56,829 nucleotides of DNA from a virus, in IMG/VR virus record IMGVR_UViG_3300036944_000909. One strand, given 5' to 3'. Below are positions 16,190 through 27,100 of this stretch, piece after piece. The stretch's first letter is position 1. Each line of letters opens with the position of its first letter. A program made the translations under genes and the position numbers. The notes below the pieces were generated by a model. That model did not search any database. It was not told the origin of the DNA and saw nothing but the letters and a program-made list of their open reading frames with translations.

Positions 16190-16975
16190 TCAGCGCTTGC
16201 GAAGCGCAACGATTGTTTCGTTCACCACGAACAGGCAAGCTTCGACCGTAAAGCCGAACTCAGGCGCAAGGCGCGCGATGTGCTCTTGCAGCGTCTCCAT
16301 AGTCCACGCGTGGACGTGAACGTCAAAGCCAGCGGCCATGATACGCCGCGCCTCCGCCTCGTGCTGATCATCAGGAATCGGTTCAGCCAGGTGGGGATGA
16401 ACGTCTCGGATGTGCTCAAGATAGGCGGCAAGTTTAGTGCCAGCGCCGCCGTCTTTCATGTCTGCCAGAAGGTGGTCGAACATGGTCGGCGCCCGCCACT
16501 TGTCGAAGGTGTGCCGCATGTCTGGAACGGCCATCAGCAGGATGCCGCCAGGCTTTAGACGCGCCAGCGCCTCACGGATGGAACCGAAGGGGTCGAACAG
16601 ATGCTCGATGACGTGCGCGTGAACGATGAAGTCGAGCGAAGCCGGCGCCACCACGTCGAACGTCTGCGCGTCCACGAACTCGCAAGGTCCGACACAGTTT
16701 CCGAAATATGCCTCAAGCCCTGCCGCGTCACGCACGTCACCATACAGGCAGGAGGCTGAGGCGGGTAACGGCCAGGGGCGAGATCCAGCACCAACCTCGA
16801 CGCCTCGTCCACGGATCAAGACTGACGCAACACCGCGGCGGGCACTGAAGATTTCAGCATCAAGGCGCTCACGCAGCATGTCGCTGCTCTCGCGCTGCAT
16901 GGCGACCAGCGTGCCGATCATGTGATCGACCGACTGGCGCCGCCAGAACTCATGCGTTTCTTCCGGCCGGAACAT
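16190..16975 (-). CDS. Class I SAM-dependent methyltransferase
   Basis: VEVGAGSRPWPL (motif I-like, GxGxG type), ARLKPGGILLMAVPD (post-II/III) and a Rossmann-type alternation. Confidence 0.7.
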   Translation of the reverse strand: MFRPEETHEFWRRQSVDHMIGTLVAMQRESSDMLRERLDAEIFSARRGVASVLIRGRGVEVGAGSRPWPLPASASCLYGDVRDAAGLEAYFGNCVGPCEFVDAQTFDVVAPASLDFIVHAHVIEHLFDPFGSIREALARLKPGGILLMAVPDMRHTFDKWRAPTMFDHLLADMKDGGAGTKLAAYLEHIRDVHPHLAEPIPDDQHEAEARRIMAAGFDVHVHAWTMETLQEHIARLAPEFGFTVEACLFVVNETIVALRKR

Positions 16976-17001
16976 GACGACATCCGTTGCTGCAGAGAAG
17001 A

Positions 17002-20000
17002 TTAGGCCGCTTCGTAGTGTCCGTCGACGATGAAGCTAACACCGGTTCCGGTGGGATATGTGCCTGTCGCCGTAACAACCTGCACTTGCGATGTTCCCGT
17101 CATCCCCGCCGTAACAGCGACAAGACCGCTTGTGCGACCCGGCATAATCTGGGTGGTCGCAGCCTTCGGTGCAATTGGCAGCGGAATCAAAATCGAGCCA
17201 GCGCCTGTCCCGTTGTTCGTGTTGGTAAATTCAATATGCGTCTCGATCAGCTTCCCGATGCGCTTGATCCAGACGGCGGCTGACACGTCAGTGAGAGACC
17301 CCGATCCGGACGCAACAGCAGAGCCCGTCGCCTGCGTATAGGTAGCCGCCAGCGCCCGCGCTTGACGCACATAGCTCGATAGGAGCGAGCGCGTGGCCGG
17401 CACGGGGCCGTCCGTGTCCCAATAGATCGCGCCTGTTACCTCGGTTGGGTCCGACCCAATGGTGAAGTCGCTATCCTTCACGGTCCCATTCGCGTTGTTG
17501 AAGGCCGCAGACACTCCTGTCAGGGCGAACGTACGAACGTTATCGAAGACGAAGCTGGCGACTGCCGTCATCGAAATGCCGCCAGTGGCGTTGGTGGTGT
17601 TGTCGCCAGCAAGCGTCACGTTGCAGAACGACAGGCGCTCGTTCGAGCCACCGCTTACAAGCGCTGCCCACGAGGACGGTGCGCCCGCCAGCCAGGTATT
17701 CAGAACGTTTGCGGCATAGACCGACTTGCCGCCACCTGCGCCGGCAAACTTGAGGCCGATGCCGTTTGTCCCGTACTGACCGTCGAGAATTGAATCGGTC
17801 ACTGAGAGTTGCAGCGCGTCATCAACAAGGAAGGCGATGCAATCGGCCACTGTCGGCAGGATTTCCAGCCGCGAGAACACAGCCCCTTCACTATGGGGCG
17901 AGGCGTCAGTTGTGACTGTGGCGTTGGTGTCCGGCGTTCCGATGTCTGTCAGGTTCCCGCCGCCGTCGATCGGCGACAGGGTCAGCGTTGTTGCAGTGCG
18001 GGCCGTGACCCGACAGACGCGCCCGTTGTTCGTCGTGAATGCGCCGAGCGTTACCACCGCGTCTACGAGAATGCCGTCAGAGATGAAGCTCTGAGCGCCG
18101 CCAGCCTGTCGCGTCAGAACGTTAGATGCAATGGTAAAGCCGTCCCCGACACTGGCGGTAACTGTGATCGTGCTTGCTGTGTCAATGTGGACACCGAACT
18201 TGCCCCCACGGCTGACAATATCCTCGCCATGAAAGCCAACACCGCCATCGCGGATGTGCAGCAGTTTCCAATAGTTGAGAATGAGCGCGCTCTGAAGACG
18301 CCCCGAGTCAGCGCCGTTCACCTGGAGAAAGATCTGAGATCCACCGACCTGTCCGGAACCCTGAACGTTGCGGACGATCTGACGATAGTTGTTGTATTCC
18401 TCTTTCGTAAACCGGAACGCGATGCCCGCAAGCCCCGACTCGTCCTTGATGAAGCCGCCATCCCAGATGATCTCCGAGCCGGTGATGTCAAACCACACTG
18501 CACACGCGGCAAGTGGCGTGATCGTGGCTCCGTCCGCGAAGATGGTATAGCCGCCGTAGTCCAGGCCAGATTTCGGCTCAAGCGTTCCAGCGCCAATCAG
18601 GTAAGGACCGCCCGGATCGATGATGCACCGCGTACCCTCGCCCGCTTCTGCAATCATCGCCCAGAAGGCCGCGCTGTCCGCGCCGGCGCCGTAGCTCGTA
18701 TAGAAGTCGAGGATGTGCAGTTCGTTCTGTCCGATGCGGACGCCCATGTTGCGGGCAAAGCGGAACTTGCGCTTGTCCGTCATGGTCAGCGTGAACGGCT
18801 TCGTTCCATCCCACTGGTTATCAGTGACGATGAAAGGCCCGCCGCTGGCCCCATCGAGCAGGATGAAGTTTGTCGTGCCAGCGAACAGAACCGTATTGCC
18901 GCTGATTGTCGTGGAGCCGGCGTTCTCGACATCGACAGAGCAGTTGGAAATGTTGGAAAAGCGGTTGTCGCTTATGATCAGCGATGCCGTGTTATCCTTC
19001 GCGGCGACACCAAAGGCCGCGTTCTGGATGTCATTGTTGCTGATGTCGATGTTGACGCAATTGCCGGGCGCCGTCTCGTTCAGGTAGATGCCAACGCCGT
19101 TCGTCGCGTCGGCGCGATACGGAGAAATCCAGTTGTTCGAGATCAGGACGCCGTCGATGTTCTGCGTACCCGGCGACAGCACAATGCCATAGGCCTGGCA
19201 CTGATCGATCGTGTTGTTGATTACGCGCAGCTCGAGCGTTTCGCGAACATCGAGGAACGCGTCCCCCGTCAGGATAGACGAGTTGCCTTCGATGCGGATG
19301 CCTTCAGGACGCGCCGCGCCTCCGCTGGCGTGAACAAAAATGCCCTGCCCCGTCCCGCCAAACACGTTGTCCTCGATGACGGTCTCGATGTTGATGTCTG
19401 CGGATGTCCGATCCACCTCCACGCAATACGCAGCCCCGGCGCGGGCAACGTAGAACTCATTGTCCTTGATGCTGGCATACGAGCCGCGCGTGTAGAGAAG
19501 CGGGTCGGTTGCGGCGACATTGGTTCCCGCTAGACGGCAGAACGAGATGTCGTGAAACTCGCCGTCCTCAAGGTCGATGCACTTCCCTGCCGTTCCGGTA
19601 TGCTCGATATTCAGATTGCGGATGTTGACGTGAAAGGCTGACGTAACGCTGATCGCATCACCAGTGCCGGAATAGGTAATGGTGCGCTGCCTTTGGTCGC
19701 CCCTGACTTCGCCTTCCAGCGTCACGTAATCGCCGCTGATGACGATCGGCGTTGTTCCGGTGCAGGTGACGTCCACGATGACGTGCTTCGCGCCCGTCGC
19801 AAGGGCGGCATTGACCGCAGCGGCTCCGGTAACAACGTCGGTCTCATACCATGAGGCGCGCGTAGGGCCTGTGTAGGCGTTGCCCAGAAGTGTCGGCCAC
19901 GTTGACCCAAGCTCAGCGGCGAGGACCGGCGCCCAGCCCGACCCGAGCCCCACCTCGATGGCGTCTATGTCGGCAATCTCAAGATGCACAACCGAACCGT

Positions 20001-20496
20001 CTGTCGCTCGGCCAAGCAGCTTCGTCACACTTGTAGGGGCGATTGGAAGAGATTGTTCTGCGGTTTCGCGCCAATCCACCTTGAGCGATCGGTCGATATC
20101 TCGCCGCGCTTCCTGAAGCTCCTCGGTCAGAACCGACATCGCAGCCGACAGGGCCTCTGCCGAGAAGTTGCCACCCGATGACAGCGAGATCACATCGGCC
20201 AGAGACTGAAGTCGCGTGACAACCAGGCGCTCCGTCGATGCGAGAACAGCCTGCGCCGAGGTCAGCGTGATGGTCACGGCATCCACGTCCGTCAGGTTCG
20301 CGGTGAAGTCCGTGTTTACCGCAAGAGCAGTACCAGTCTCGTCAGTTACCGAGGCGTAGCGGCGAACGACCAAGTGCGCAGTGCTGCGAATGCGGATCGG
20401 ATTTCCCGAGCTATCATTCAAAGTAAAAGGCCCGCGCGTACCAGATCCAATAAAGACCACGCGAGGATTGTGGGTCGCCATCACGTCATAGGGCAC
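17002..20496 (-). CDS. Tailspike / tail fibre with a right-handed parallel beta-helix (pectate-lyase-like, probable polysaccharide depolymerase)
   Basis: 1164 aa. GTG start after GGAGCAA. Repeated beta-helix rungs (IRNLNIEHTG, IKDNEFYV, IEDNVFGG, ISNNWISP, ISNNDIQN, ISDNRFSN). Position after the ejection proteins. Confidence 0.8.
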   Translation of the reverse strand: MPYDVMATHNPRVVFIGSGTRGPFTLNDSSGNPIRIRSTAHLVVRRYASVTDETGTALAVNTDFTANLTDVDAVTITLTSAQAVLASTERLVVTRLQSLADVISLSSGGNFSAEALSAAMSVLTEELQEARRDIDRSLKVDWRETAEQSLPIAPTSVTKLLGRATDGSVVHLEIADIDAIEVGLGSGWAPVLAAELGSTWPTLLGNAYTGPTRASWYETDVVTGAAAVNAALATGAKHVIVDVTCTGTTPIVISGDYVTLEGEVRGDQRQRTITYSGTGDAISVTSAFHVNIRNLNIEHTGTAGKCIDLEDGEFHDISFCRLAGTNVAATDPLLYTRGSYASIKDNEFYVARAGAAYCVEVDRTSADINIETVIEDNVFGGTGQGIFVHASGGAARPEGIRIEGNSSILTGDAFLDVRETLELRVINNTIDQCQAYGIVLSPGTQNIDGVLISNNWISPYRADATNGVGIYLNETAPGNCVNIDISNNDIQNAAFGVAAKDNTASLIISDNRFSNISNCSVDVENAGSTTISGNTVLFAGTTNFILLDGASGGPFIVTDNQWDGTKPFTLTMTDKRKFRFARNMGVRIGQNELHILDFYTSYGAGADSAAFWAMIAEAGEGTRCIIDPGGPYLIGAGTLEPKSGLDYGGYTIFADGATITPLAACAVWFDITGSEIIWDGGFIKDESGLAGIAFRFTKEEYNNYRQIVRNVQGSGQVGGSQIFLQVNGADSGRLQSALILNYWKLLHIRDGGVGFHGEDIVSRGGKFGVHIDTASTITVTASVGDGFTIASNVLTRQAGGAQSFISDGILVDAVVTLGAFTTNNGRVCRVTARTATTLTLSPIDGGGNLTDIGTPDTNATVTTDASPHSEGAVFSRLEILPTVADCIAFLVDDALQLSVTDSILDGQYGTNGIGLKFAGAGGGKSVYAANVLNTWLAGAPSSWAALVSGGSNERLSFCNVTLAGDNTTNATGGISMTAVASFVFDNVRTFALTGVSAAFNNANGTVKDSDFTIGSDPTEVTGAIYWDTDGPVPATRSLLSSYVRQARALAATYTQATGSAVASGSGSLTDVSAAVWIKRIGKLIETHIEFTNTNNGTGAGSILIPLPIAPKAATTQIMPGRTSGLVAVTAGMTGTSQVQVVTATGTYPTGTGVSFIVDGHYEAA

Positions 20497-20578
20497 TGGG
20501 TGTTGCTCCGGTCAAAAACGATCTCGCCCCGCTGTTTCCAGCAGGGCTTTGAGGAGGTGTCAGTAGTGGCGTGGTTGA

Positions 20579-21150
20579 CTACTTAGCGCCGGTCACTGAG
20601 CGCCATGTTCGTCCGCTTTGAATGTAAAAGACGGCGGACGAGCTACAGCCGTATTCTAGGGCTATTTCGCTATCAGAACGCTTGTCGATGTAGATTTTTC
20701 GGACGTCGTCAGGTGTTAGCCTTGTGCCGGGGTGTGTTTCGCCCGTGATAAGTGTTCCGTGCTCGCGCGCGTCTTCTACGTTCTGCCTTCTCGTCGCGAA
20801 GCGCAGATGGTTAGGATTTACGCACCACCTGTTGCCACATCGATGCGCGGCATCCGCTTTCGGGAACGACGGAGGCCCGTGCTCCATTTCGCACATTGCT
20901 CTGTGCGCGCCCATTCGCTTGCCTCGCCACGTCACGGCGCCGTATCCGGGCCTCCAATTCCGTAGGGCCAACGAACGCAAGCCTCCCCCTTAAATCCACG
21001 GAGAGCTTCAAGAAACTTTACACCTGCGCCAGCCTCACACTGCGCCTTTGCATCAAGCGAACCAGTAAGTCGTTTGCGCGAGTAATGCTTGCCGCAAAGA
21101 TCCTTTGCCAGAACCTCGCGCTCACAGTCGTTTGCGCTGCACTTTGCCAT
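20579..21150 (-). pseudogene. HNH endonuclease split by a frameshift (ORFs 20932-21150 and 20579-20980). Paralogue of 9845-10441.
   Basis: The first ORF (MAKCSANDCEREVLAKDLCGKHYSRKR...CVRWPYG) parallels the N-terminus of the 9845 gene. The second ORF (GYGAVTWRGKRMGAHRAMCEMEHGPP...AAHRCGNRWCVNPNHLRFATRRQN) parallels its HNH core. The frames differ by one nucleotide around 20940-20960. Confidence 0.7.
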
Positions 21151-21159
21151 GCTCCGATT

Positions 21160-24100
21160 CTACTCTCTCGGAGGCCCTGAGAGAAGGGCTTTCGGGTCCT
21201 CAGTCCTTCCGCTGATCAGAGCTTCAGCGCCGCGGACGAACCTGTCCAGAGCGGCGGCTGGATAGCCAAACCAGACGCCCGCCGCCATGTTGGCCGGGCG
21301 CAGGATATCGATCGCATCTTTCGTCGTCGCAGTCCCCTCACGCACGCGCTCTGCGCCTGTGAATGTTTCCGTGATGACCTTGCTTGCCTCCTCAAAGGCG
21401 CGCGTTCCTTGCGGGCCATTATAGCCAAACCCGGCGACAGCGCTGCCCAACTGCCCGAAGAGACCGAGCGGCCCGATCAGGAAAGCGACCTGCTCGCGGA
21501 TGTACTGTTCTTCAAGCGGCTCATCTTCATCGCCACCGCCCGGCGACATCATCGCCGCAACCGCCATGCTGCCGATCACGGGCACAACCATGAGCACGCC
21601 CATGTTCATTGCCCAGATTGCAGCTTGTCCCGGATTGCGGAAGTTGGTCTGGCGCGTGGTGTTGACCGCAAGGTTCCAGTTCGCAATGGCTGCCGTGATG
21701 TAGTTCGTGAATATCCGCTGCATCGGCCCGCCGCGCTGGAACGCGGAGACCTGGAATATCTCACCGCTGCCTTGTGCGTCGATGACGATCTGATCTGCGC
21801 CAGCCGCGGCATCCTTCTCCGACATGCCGCTGGCCGTGAATTTCTCGTATGCGCCAAGCCACGTAGGCCCATCGACGGCGAGCCACTGAACGCGCTGCAT
21901 CATGAACATGGACGCCACATCGATTGCGCGCTTGGCGTCTGCCTTGATGTTCCCGTCATTGATCCGGCGCTGCTGGTCGGCAATCGCCTGGTTCATCACC
22001 TGCATACGCACGCGCATGTAGGGCGAGCGTTCAAGAATGAACGCCGTCCCGTTCTGCATCCCGCTTGCACTGAAGCCCATGCGAACCATGCCGCGAAGCA
22101 GCCAGCCAGCCCCGGCAATCGGCCCCGTGCGCTGGTCGCCAAGCCGCACGATCGATGTCGTGTAGCCAAGCATCTGCTTGATGACTGTGCCGATGTTAAG
22201 ACCCAGCGCGACGTTCGTTGCGCCGTTTCTCACGCGGACCATGATGCGCTCTGTCGGCCCCCGAGGGCCAGCAAGCCCGTTGCGGGTGTCACGCATCGCG
22301 CTCATCAGCGCCTTGTACGTGACCCAGCCGTGCCGCGAGACAATGACCTTCTGCGTGCGGGGATGGGCGATGATGCGCCCGGCATCAAGGATGGCCTTCT
22401 GCGTGGCGATATTGCCCACGACTTCGTTCACATGCGCCCCGAGCGTGATGGAGAAATCCAGCAGCACGGGCATCGTCACCTTGCCCTTGACGCGCTCCTT
22501 TGTAGAGCCTGTCGCCTTGCGCGTACCCGCCCTGCCCGTGATCTGTTTGGCCGTGTCCGTGATGGCCTGCTGATCCGCCCGCGACGACTGGTGCGGGTTG
22601 TAACGAATGGGGAAATAATCCCCTTGGATGACTCCGTACTTTGTGACGATCGGCAGGCCCGGCTGTTTGCTGAGCGGGACGCCGTGAACCTCTTCGTGAG
22701 CCTTCGTCGCCTCGGGGTACAGAGAGTTCACATAGTCCCACACCGAGGTGAGAAACTTCCAGTCGGTCTGGTCAAGGGTATCGAGGACGCGCTGGACGGT
22801 CGCCTGGTCCCAGCCATAGCCATCCATGATGCGGCGCCGGCTGATCTCTGTGCCCCAGTACAAGGCCACCGTCAGGCGCTCCATCTTCGCCAGCGGAACC
22901 GGAATGCCGGGGATGTTGATCTGATCCTTGCGCAGCGCCTCGACGTTGATGCCGTAAGCTGCCCGGAACAGCGCGACGACACGCTCCTCCTCCAGCCGCA
23001 GGCGAGCCACGCCTTCCGCTCCAGCCCTGTTCAGCTTCTGGATCGTGTTCTTTGCCAGCGGGCCGTTGTCGATGCCGTCGATGAAGCGGACGATCGATTG
23101 CATGGTCCGCAGTTCGACAAAGAACTCCTTGAAGCCCCGCTTGTTCTTCTCCTTCGGCGCATAGGAGGCGTATGATTCCGGGGGTAATTCTTCTGGCTTG
23201 GCTGCAATCGCCTGCGCCTCGATGTCGTCAAGCGCCAGGCTGAGAAGCCGACGCTCGCCCTCGACCATCAGCGCGCCCTCGCGGCGAGCCATCTTCTCGA
23301 TCATGTCAAGCTGGTCGCGAACCGCCATCAGTTCTTCGACGGTCAGGCTCTTGTAGTTCCTGACAGCGGCGTCCGCCTGCATAACGGCCGGAGCTTCGGA
23401 GCGATCAATCTCTTCCTGCTGCGCCGCCATAAGCTCTTCTTCGGACAGGCCCGACAGGTCACGCAGCGGATCGATCGCAGCCTGCTTGGACGCGAACCAC
23501 GCGGCGAGGCTCTGGCGCTCCTTCTTCCGCGTGACCGACTTGAACTCGTAGCCCTCAAGGATCTGATCGATCTGCTGGATGTAGTCCTTGCCCGCCTTGA
23601 GCAGCTTGATGCGCTTGTCCTTGCTATCGAAAGATTTGGCGTGCTTGACCGCTTTCTCGATCTGCTCGGCCATCTTCTTCGCCTCAGTGTATTGAAGCGA
23701 GTTCAGCAGCCGATACTTCGCATACTCCGCAGCCTTGGCCGGGTCTTTCTCCTTGATCGCCTTTTCCGACCAGCGACGTTCCAGCGTGAGGTACTGGTTG
23801 TAGTTCAGCACCTCGCGGACCTGCTTGGAGCGGAGGTTCTCGATGGCCTGCTGCTTCAATGCGTTTGTCGCAATGCGCTGCCCGCCGGCTTCGGCAAGGG
23901 CTTCCAGCTCGATTTCCCACTGGCGATGCTGAAGCTCATTGCGGGCGTATTCCTCGGCCTTCGCCATGATCGTGCCGTCACGGAACACGTCGCCATTGCG
24001 CTCGATCATGCGCTTGCGGGTTTCTTCGCGGATGAGCTTGTCACGCAGCGGGCCTTGCTTCAGGCCGTCGAGCAACGCCCTGCCGTTGGGCATCTTGAAG

Positions 24101-27100
24101 AACGGGGCGGCTTCATCCGGGCCGATGGCGTTCTCGCCCTGGCCGGTCAGCATCACGGCCAGCTTGGCGCGTAGGACGCTCACGTCCTTCTCGTGGATGT
24201 TGATGTCGTTCTGGTCGAACCAGGCTTCCCAGCGTTCAGCGTTGGCGATCACGCTGACAGTCGGGATGTCGTCGCGGCGGTAGCGCGGGGCCTGCCCATC
24301 AATGTCGGCGCGCAGCGTGTCGAGGAATTGCGCCGGCGTCGGCAGCTCTTCCCCGTCGAAATAGCCAGCCTCCCATGCGGCTTCGATGGCCTGCTGCATG
24401 TCATAGGAGCGCGAACGCTTGCTGTCTTTCGTCGGGTCTGCGATCAGCCCACGCGCGGCCTTTTTCTCGCCAATGATCTTCAGTATCTCGCCGTCCGTGT
24501 CGCGGATGCCCCTGTAGCTGATACGGCCCTCGCCCTGTCCGATGTTGCGCGGCGTCGAGAGGTACTTCCACAGCGACTTTGGCGGCGTCTCGTTCAGCGT
24601 CTTGCGGATGTCGCGGGCAGTCGCAAGGTACATATCGACATCGTTCGCGGTCGCGCTGAAGGCTGCAACCTCGGGCGGGATTTCTGCAAGCGCCTGTTCG
24701 CCGTACTGGTCGCGCACGGCTTGGAGGTTGAGGCGCATGGGGGGGAGGTTTGGGGGCGGCGTCGTGCGCCCAGCGCCGTCGCCCGTCTGATATAGCGCAA
24801 CGCCTTCAGCAAGCTTGGTAATCGCCTGCGGCGTCAGTTGAATCGCAGGCACGCTGCTGCGCTCTGCGATTACCGCCTTGCCGTGATCTGCTCCGTCCAC
24901 CCATTCGACGAACAGGCCTTCCTTGTTTACTAGGCTGTAGATGGTCGAGCCGTCAGTGTCTTTTTCGCGCTTAACCCTCAGACCTAAATCCAGCGTTTCT
25001 TTGCCGACGGTTACGCCAAGTGACTTGGCTACGCGGCTTAGCGTGTTGGGTAGGCGCTCGTCGTAAAACTTGTCAGTTCCCTCGTTGCGCAGCACTTCAT
25101 GGAGTGAATCATGGGTCGGGAACGTGACGGTCTTGTACCCATCTTTCGCTGCTCGCTGCAGAATATGCCGGACGAAAGGTTCCTCCCAGTTCTCGACTGG
25201 CGCGCGCGGCGGCTGCGGAGTGTCGCGCTCCTGTTGTGCAGCATTTAGTGCGTCGTATTCCCGCTGAACCGCGGCCTCAGCCTCTCGCATGAGCTCTGCA
25301 CCGACAGCGTCGTCCGTCCAAAAGCCGCCCTGACGCTTGACGCTCCCATCGGGATTGCGCTCGCCAGCCTTGAACTCAAACTTGCCGGGGTTGTCCTTCT
25401 GCCAAGCAATCCAGCGCAGCATAGCGCGCTGCTTATCCTCGCCAGCACGCTCCAGCAGGGTCTTTGCGTCAACGCGCTCGCCCTTGTATCCGAAACGCGC
25501 ACCCTCCTGATGAAGGTCGCTTTGCAGTTCTTCAACGTGCAGGACAGTTTCGCCGCCGACTTTGCGCTCGGTCGTGCGGATATGTCCGACAACTCCAGAC
25601 GCATCCCAGTTGTGGCTCCGGTAGTCTAATCCCGGCATGATGAATTGTTGCTGCGTGTAGTTCGTCCAGCTGCCCGGCGCCACGTATTGACTATAGTTCG
25701 CCGCGTCGGAAGCATTGATAGGCTCAAGACCGCCCTTCGGCTTTGTCGCGAGCGTTTCCTCGATCGAGGTGAATGTCGTGCGGTTGCGCGCTAGAGCTTC
25801 CTCAAACATCGACTTTGGAATGTCGCCGGTGACACCTTCCTGCTCGAGTGCGCGCAACGCTGGCTCGATCTGGTAAGTAAACGCCTCCTTCGATGCGCCG
25901 CCGTCTCGCATGAGTTTCCGCCACTGGTCAGCGGATAGGGCTTTCGCGTTCTTGAATCGCTTTGGCGGGTTCGCGAGAGCGCGTTCGGCAGAGGTGATGA
26001 AGCCCAGTGCGTCAGGCTGGCCGGGCCGAAAGATGCGGTCATCCGCACCCAACACCATGGGCTCGTCCCAGTATGTTGCGGCTGATGCGTCGAGTTGGCG
26101 CGTGGGCTGGACGGTCTGCGCGAGCGTCGATCCGCCCGCATCGTACCAACGCACAGTCTCCAGGGTATCCCCGCTTTCGATCAAGGCGCGCTCTGCGTTC
26201 TCCGGCGCTCCGAGAAGCTGGATTGCATCGTCGTGCGTGTAGTTGAAGCCGTCGAAGGCAATGGTCTTCCCATCATAGCGCAGGAGCCTCACTGCCGGCG
26301 GCGTGCCTTGCGAAAACATCTTCCGCACCATGCGCTGAATCGATCGGTCTGACGGGTTCTCCACGTAATTGTCGAGGAAGGCGCCCATCCAGTCACCGTC
26401 GCCCTGAGCGAGAAGACGCGCGCTGTCCGATTTGTCCGGATCAAAGGCCGCGTTAGGTGAGCGTAGATCGTTCGGGTTGAACACCACGGTCGTCTTGATG
26501 GCGCGGGAGAAAGAGCCCTCGTCCTTCGTGACCGTGATCGAGTTGAGCCCTTCAGCCTGGAGAACGTCAGTTGCGCGGCTGCGAGCCTGTTCGCCAAGGC
26601 GGTTGATCTCGGCTTCCCATGTGCTCAGGATGGCGTTGAGTTCGTCGCTTCTCTGACGCCATTCGGGGCTTCGGCGTTCCGTGTTGCGCCACTCCGCATC
26701 CCGAGCATTGAAGTTTTCCTTGTAACGGGCATCTGCCGCATTCATCTCATCGACAATCGACGCATAGGCTGCGTCCTGCCGCAGATGCGCCTCCAGCTCT
26801 GCCCGATCCGTAAAGGTTCGGTTGTTGCCAAGGCGCATCAGGAGCGGCACCTGAACCTTGCCAATGCCGATCTTGCCTGCCGTGGGCTTCGTGAACACGC
26901 CAACCGGCATGATATGGTCGCCAGTCGCGGCGCGGCGACGGTTCAGTTCGAAGCCGCTTATGATACCGACAGCGGAATCCTCGGTCGTTTCGTGGAAGCC
27001 TTTGGCCGTGAACCCCATCTCCTTGGCGCGGGCGTTCCGGGCTGCATCGGACATGTCCAGCCCCTTCGCGCGAGCCGCAATCCATTCCGCCGCTTCCTTG

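Noticed and set aside
17809-19533. 574-aa + strand ORF antisense to the tailspike. The same applies to similar long antisense or off-frame ORFs at 21409-23175, 26785-28008, 34135-35325, 36205-37383, 37886-38872, 41135-42865, 43187-44185 and 52818-54365.
   Set aside because: Their translations are Arg/Ala/Gly/Pro-rich with no motifs. They lie opposite genes with clear homology-type motifs. Long stop-free antisense frames are expected in DNA of this GC content.
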